From assembly GCA_016213425.1 (NCBI GenBank), contig JACRAI010000023.1:1-30582 (forward strand): a stretch of DNA of 30,582 nucleotides, given 5' to 3'. Shown one piece after another: positions 26,926-30,582 of the stretch; position 1 is the first letter of the stretch, and each line of letters begins with the position of its first letter. This DNA is from an archaeon (GTDB taxonomy: Archaea; Nanobdellota; Nanobdellia; Woesearchaeales; ARS49). The notes below the pieces were generated by a model, which was not told where the DNA came from, did no database searches, and saw only the letters and a list, made by a program, of their open reading frames with translations. The translations under genes and the position numbers were made by a program.

Positions 26926-27390
26926 TTAAGCAATATAATCGGGATTGTCATCGCACATTGATTTATATTTGTGAAGTTCTTCAGCGATTGATACATATTC
27001 TTGTCCTAGAAAATTCTTAACTCGTTCATATAAATCATCAAATTCTTTTTCATTCAAATTTAAAATTTGTCTGCAGAAACTTTTAGGTTCACTGTTACCT
27101 TCCCGAGCTTCTTCATTCGCTATTGATACAGTGCTGTAGAAACTTAGAGGATCTGCTAAACCATACGCATAAGCGCCACTAGGTATTTTACTTAAAAGCT
27201 TGCATTCTTTAAGAGTTTTGTAATTATCAAGATATTTTCTTTCTTTTTCAGGACGCGTCAAATCTTTTTCTGTAATAATCTCGTCAAGTCTTTTATTTTT
27301 TTCATTATATTCTTTAACGTAATCTTCATAATTTCCGCCGCACACTTTAGCTTTATTTTGTGCGTATCTCACATAACCTGGTCTTGCCAT
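26926..27390 (-). CDS. Hypothetical protein
   Basis: About 154 aa from ATG 27390 (MARPGYVRYAQ...; the track extends to 27459). Hydrophilic, with normal codon style; no family recognised. Confidence 0.65.
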   Translation of the reverse strand: MARPGYVRYAQNKAKVCGGNYEDYVKEYNEKNKRLDEIITEKDLTRPEKERKYLDNYKTLKECKLLSKIPSGAYAYGLADPLSFYSTVSIANEEAREGNSEPKSFCRQILNLNEKEFDDLYERVKNFLGQEYVSIAEELHKYKSMCDDNPDYIA

Positions 27391-27465
27391 GATGTTAAGA
27401 GTAATACTGCTATTTTTAAATTCTTTGACCAAAACCTTATAAAACAAACCGATAATCATTTACTT

Positions 27466-28353
27466 ATGGCAAATAAAGACTTCTTCGTGAGAAGATATAA
27501 AGAGCTTGGACAGGAGTTCAAGGATGTAAAATTGAAACGATCACTAAGAGTTAATACTTTAAAAATTTCACACGAAGATTTAATCAGAAGAATGAAAAAG
27601 ATAGGTATTACTTTAAGAAAAATAAGTTATTTAAAAGATGGGTATTGGGTTGAAAAAGCAAAGTTTAGCGTTGGAGCGATCACAGAATTCTTACTAGGAT
27701 ATTATTATTTGCAAGAATCTGCTTCGCAAATAGCAGTTCAAATTTTAGATCCTAAAGAAAATGAATTAATCTTGGACGCATGCGCTGCTCCCGGAGGAAA
27801 AACAACTCAAATAAGCCAATACATGAATAATCAAGGAAAAATTATAGCTATGGAGAATAAAAAACACAGAATGCTTAGCTTAGCAAGCAATTTAGAAAGA
27901 ATAGGTATTGAAAATGTGAGCGCATACTTAGGAGATGCAATAAATTGCACTAAATTCGGAGTTGAGTTTGACAAAATTCTTTTGGATGCTCCTTGCAGTG
28001 GCAATTTTGTGACTGATAAAAAATGGTTCGGAAAAAGAGACATGAATGGAATTAAAGAAGTAAGCAATATACAGAAAGAAATCTTAAGAGCTTGCTTGAA
28101 AGTTCTAAAAAAAGACGGAATTTTAGTTTACTCAACCTGCACTATGGAGCCAGAAGAAAATGAATTAAACATGCAGTGGCTTATTGATAATTTCAATGTT
28201 AAACTAGAAGAAGTGAAATTTGACGTGGGAGATAGAGGTTTAACAGATGTGTTTGGACAAAAATTAAGCGATGAAATGAAAAAATGCTTACGTTTCTGGC
28301 CTTGGAAGATGGGCACTCAAGCATTCTTTGTAGCAAAGGTGAGAAAATGCTAG
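27466..28353 (+). CDS. RsmB/NOP2 family RNA (cytosine-C5)-methyltransferase
   Basis: LRVNTLK, GYYYLQE-ASQ, LDACAAPGGKTTQ, LLDAPCSG and LVYSTCT--PEENE, so both catalytic Cys motifs are present. The likely start is ATG 27466. Confidence 0.95.
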   Translation: MANKDFFVRRYKELGQEFKDVKLKRSLRVNTLKISHEDLIRRMKKIGITLRKISYLKDGYWVEKAKFSVGAITEFLLGYYYLQESASQIAVQILDPKENELILDACAAPGGKTTQISQYMNNQGKIIAMENKKHRMLSLASNLERIGIENVSAYLGDAINCTKFGVEFDKILLDAPCSGNFVTDKKWFGKRDMNGIKEVSNIQKEILRACLKVLKKDGILVYSTCTMEPEENELNMQWLIDNFNVKLEEVKFDVGDRGLTDVFGQKLSDEMKKCLRFWPWKMGTQAFFVAKVRKC

Positions 28354-28928
28354 ATAACTTCATAAGCATATTTACTGAAGAAAGACCTGAAGGAATTATT
28401 TGGAAGAAAGGAGAGTCTTTTTTTCTAGTTAAAGAACTGCCTGAGCATCATCCTTTCTACGCTGGAATTTATTTAGGAAGAGTAAAAAAAGGATTTCACC
28501 CTAGTTTATGGCTGCTTCAATGGTTAAATAAAAGAACCGGAAAAAAAGTACTGGTTGATAGAAAAGGCGAGTGGATGTTTATTTGCGGAAATGATGTATT
28601 CAAAAGAAGCCTTAGAAAAGTTGCAAGAGTAGATAGAGACGAGACTGTTTTAGTTGTTAACCAACACAGAGAATGCTTAGGTTATGGAGTGTTTCAAGAC
28701 AGAAAAAAGATATCTGTTAAAAATAGTTTTGATATAGGTGATTTTTTAAGAAGAGAACGTCCAGAAGGGCAACCATTTAGAAAGCCGGAAGTTAAAAGAT
28801 GGGATGAAAAAAGAGAAAGACCTGAAGGACAATTCAATAATAGATTTGATGATAAACCAAAACGAAGAGATTATCCTAGAAAAAAATTCACAAAATTCAA
28901 GCGAAAAAAGAAGTCTCGTAAAAAATAA
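28347..28928 (+). CDS. Nip7/PUA-domain ribosome biogenesis protein with a basic C-terminal tail
   Basis: AGIYLG, F-PS--LL, EWMFICGNDVF, VLVVN---ECLGYG and DIGDFLRRE. The likely start is ATG 28347 behind AGGTGA. Confidence 0.85.
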   Translation: MLDNFISIFTEERPEGIIWKKGESFFLVKELPEHHPFYAGIYLGRVKKGFHPSLWLLQWLNKRTGKKVLVDRKGEWMFICGNDVFKRSLRKVARVDRDETVLVVNQHRECLGYGVFQDRKKISVKNSFDIGDFLRRERPEGQPFRKPEVKRWDEKRERPEGQFNNRFDDKPKRRDYPRKKFTKFKRKKKSRKK

Positions 28929-28937
28929 GTCTTTAAA

Positions 28938-30350
28938 TTAATTCGAGTCTTGTCTGGGAGTTTCATCTTGAATTATCAAAGGAACCCATCCCGTTTCATA
29001 TTTTGGAGTTATATTGTAAACAAAAAAAGGGCCTGTACCCTTGAAATTATCAAAAAAGTTTCCTTTAAAAAAATTTGGCAAAGTAGTGTTGTAGTTTACT
29101 TGTCTTTCATTTTCAACAAAAGAATTGTTTGAAAATTTATTATTTCTTGATTGATCTTTAATGAAAACTCCTGCTTTGTTGTTTTTGATCAAATTGTTGC
29201 TTATCTCATTATTTTCATTTCCTGCCTTAGGCAGTCCAGACAATAAAATTCCTTGATCAAAATACTCTATTGTGTTTTCAGAAATTTTATTTCCTTTAGA
29301 TTGATCGATGAAAATACCACAACTAGAGCTATCACCTTTTAGCAAATTATTACTTATGATATTTTTTCCCCCTCCAAGCAAGCCTATTGGAAGTAACGGA
29401 ATGCCCATCCTATCTAGAACATTATTGCAATCAATGCTTGAAGATTTATCACTGTAATCTCCTAGTTCATTAGAATTAATAAAGTTATCATAAGAATTCA
29501 TCAAAGTTATACTTCCAGAAAAATTGGAATTTTTAATTTTGTTTAAAGAGATTATATTTTTTTCTGAATCATCCATAACTATAAAGCTGTCAACTCGATT
29601 ATTCTTTACTTCATTATTTTTTGAAGATAACAACTCAGCATAGTCTAAATTGTTATTAACAATCAATGTTTTTTCTGCAGATCTTAATGATACTCCAGAT
29701 TTGTTGAAGAAATTATTATTTTTTACTAAACTACCGATTGTGTGAAGTGCAACTTCATAACCCGGTATTACTTCGTAACCAACATTAAAATTATTGTTTA
29801 TTAACTGCACACCACTTAATTTTATGTACCCGCGATTATTATAATTTCCCCCTATATCAATCATCAATTTTTCAAACAAACAATTTTTTACAATTACATT
29901 ATTCGCTAAAACACTCAAGTACTTATTCGAAGGAGATTTAAGAACAGCACCATTGCAGTCCAATATTGCGCTTTCAGTGATTTCTATGCCAAAAGGAAAA
30001 TTGTGAGTTCCATGACACAAAACAACATCTTTATCGACAATCCATGCTTGCCTTCCTTGTAGCTCCGGAATTACACAATCTTCAACTTGTTCACTTTTAG
30101 GACCAAGCCAGCAATCATTAGGACAAGAATATTTTGTTTCATCAAAATTACAAACGTTATCGCCGCAAACAGATCTAGACAGTTTAATTTCGTCTAAATT
30201 ATTTGCTTGCTGAACTGGAGCAGGATTAACGATTATTTGCCCTGAGGGACCTTCTCCATTAAGAAATTCTTCTACAGGATCTTTAGATTGAAAACCAGAG
30301 AAACTACAAGAAACTAAGAAAAATAACAATAAAAACACCAATTTTTTCAT
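28938..30350 (-). CDS. Lipoprotein with a right-handed parallel beta-helix (NosD/CASH-type) repeat domain
   Basis: Lipobox-like LFFLVSC, a CGDNVC--DET--SCPNDC Cys motif, Asn/Ile-rich repeats (N-I-NN-I, GI-I--S-NN-I--N) and GNFFD near the C-terminus. Confidence 0.8.
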   Translation of the reverse strand: MKKLVFLLLFFLVSCSFSGFQSKDPVEEFLNGEGPSGQIIVNPAPVQQANNLDEIKLSRSVCGDNVCNFDETKYSCPNDCWLGPKSEQVEDCVIPELQGRQAWIVDKDVVLCHGTHNFPFGIEITESAILDCNGAVLKSPSNKYLSVLANNVIVKNCLFEKLMIDIGGNYNNRGYIKLSGVQLINNNFNVGYEVIPGYEVALHTIGSLVKNNNFFNKSGVSLRSAEKTLIVNNNLDYAELLSSKNNEVKNNRVDSFIVMDDSEKNIISLNKIKNSNFSGSITLMNSYDNFINSNELGDYSDKSSSIDCNNVLDRMGIPLLPIGLLGGGKNIISNNLLKGDSSSCGIFIDQSKGNKISENTIEYFDQGILLSGLPKAGNENNEISNNLIKNNKAGVFIKDQSRNNKFSNNSFVENERQVNYNTTLPNFFKGNFFDNFKGTGPFFVYNITPKYETGWVPLIIQDETPRQDSN

Positions 30351-30396
30351 ACAGGACAGAAATAGTTGTTATTTTATAAAAAGGTTTGCTAAAACA

Positions 30397-30582
30397 TCAT
30401 TTTATCCCATCTATCTTAGCTGCAAGAATGAAATCATTTTCTGACAAACCACTTATTGCGTGAGTCCATAATGTTATTCTTACAAGGTTATAATTTATTT
30501 GAATGTCGGGATGATGATTTTCTTGTTCTGAAATTTCAGCAACTTTGTTAACAAAAGAGATGGCTTGTTTGAAATCTTCAAA
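30397..30582 (-). CDS. phhB: Pterin-4-alpha-carbinolamine dehydratase, partial (5' end outside the window; not in the ORF track)
   Basis: Manual translation: FEDFKQAISFVNKVAEISEQENHHPDIQINYNLVRITLWTHAISGLSENDFILAAKIDGIK*. It contains the HHPD, WTH and GLSENDFILAAKID signature. Confidence 0.92.
   Translation of the reverse strand, partial: FEDFKQAISFVNKVAEISEQENHHPDIQINYNLVRITLWTHAISGLSENDFILAAKIDGIK

Noticed and set aside
30511-30531. ATGATGA...CTGA resembling box C and box D
   Set aside because: The boxes are only 10 nt apart, with no C'/D' boxes or terminal stem, and the site lies antisense within the PCD coding region.

Overview
AT-rich archaeal chromosome segment, most consistent with a DPANN archaeon such as a Woesearchaeota-like lineage. 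This is inferred from gatD, radB, cdc48, aMBF1, nop5-flpA, a Nop2/Nip7 pair, GGTGA-type Shine-Dalgarno sites and TATA promoters. The left ~6 kb looks accessory. It holds a bacterial-type CoA operon (internally deleted type II PanK, a CoaD-CoaE fusion and an HD hydrolase), a divergent tandem Lrp/AsnC regulator and a DUF433/DUF5615 toxin-antitoxin pair. It also holds a gene whose 3' end has the hallmarks of a diversity-generating retroelement (DGR) target: a GC-rich NNC-codon variable region, an IMH-like motif and a 7-bp hairpin with a GGA triloop. No template repeat or reverse transcriptase is visible in the window. The rest is housekeeping and cell-envelope genes: LemA/TPM, a nucleotidyltransferase, a gingipain-like lipoprotein, a strongly divergent bacterial-type MetK homologue, GT2 and GT-C glycosyltransferases and a beta-helix lipoprotein. 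A dispersed family of degenerate 7-bp tandem repeats sits at five gene 3' ends. Two partial ORFs at the window edges are absent from the ORF track. All family calls come from motif recognition by eye; no database searches were run.
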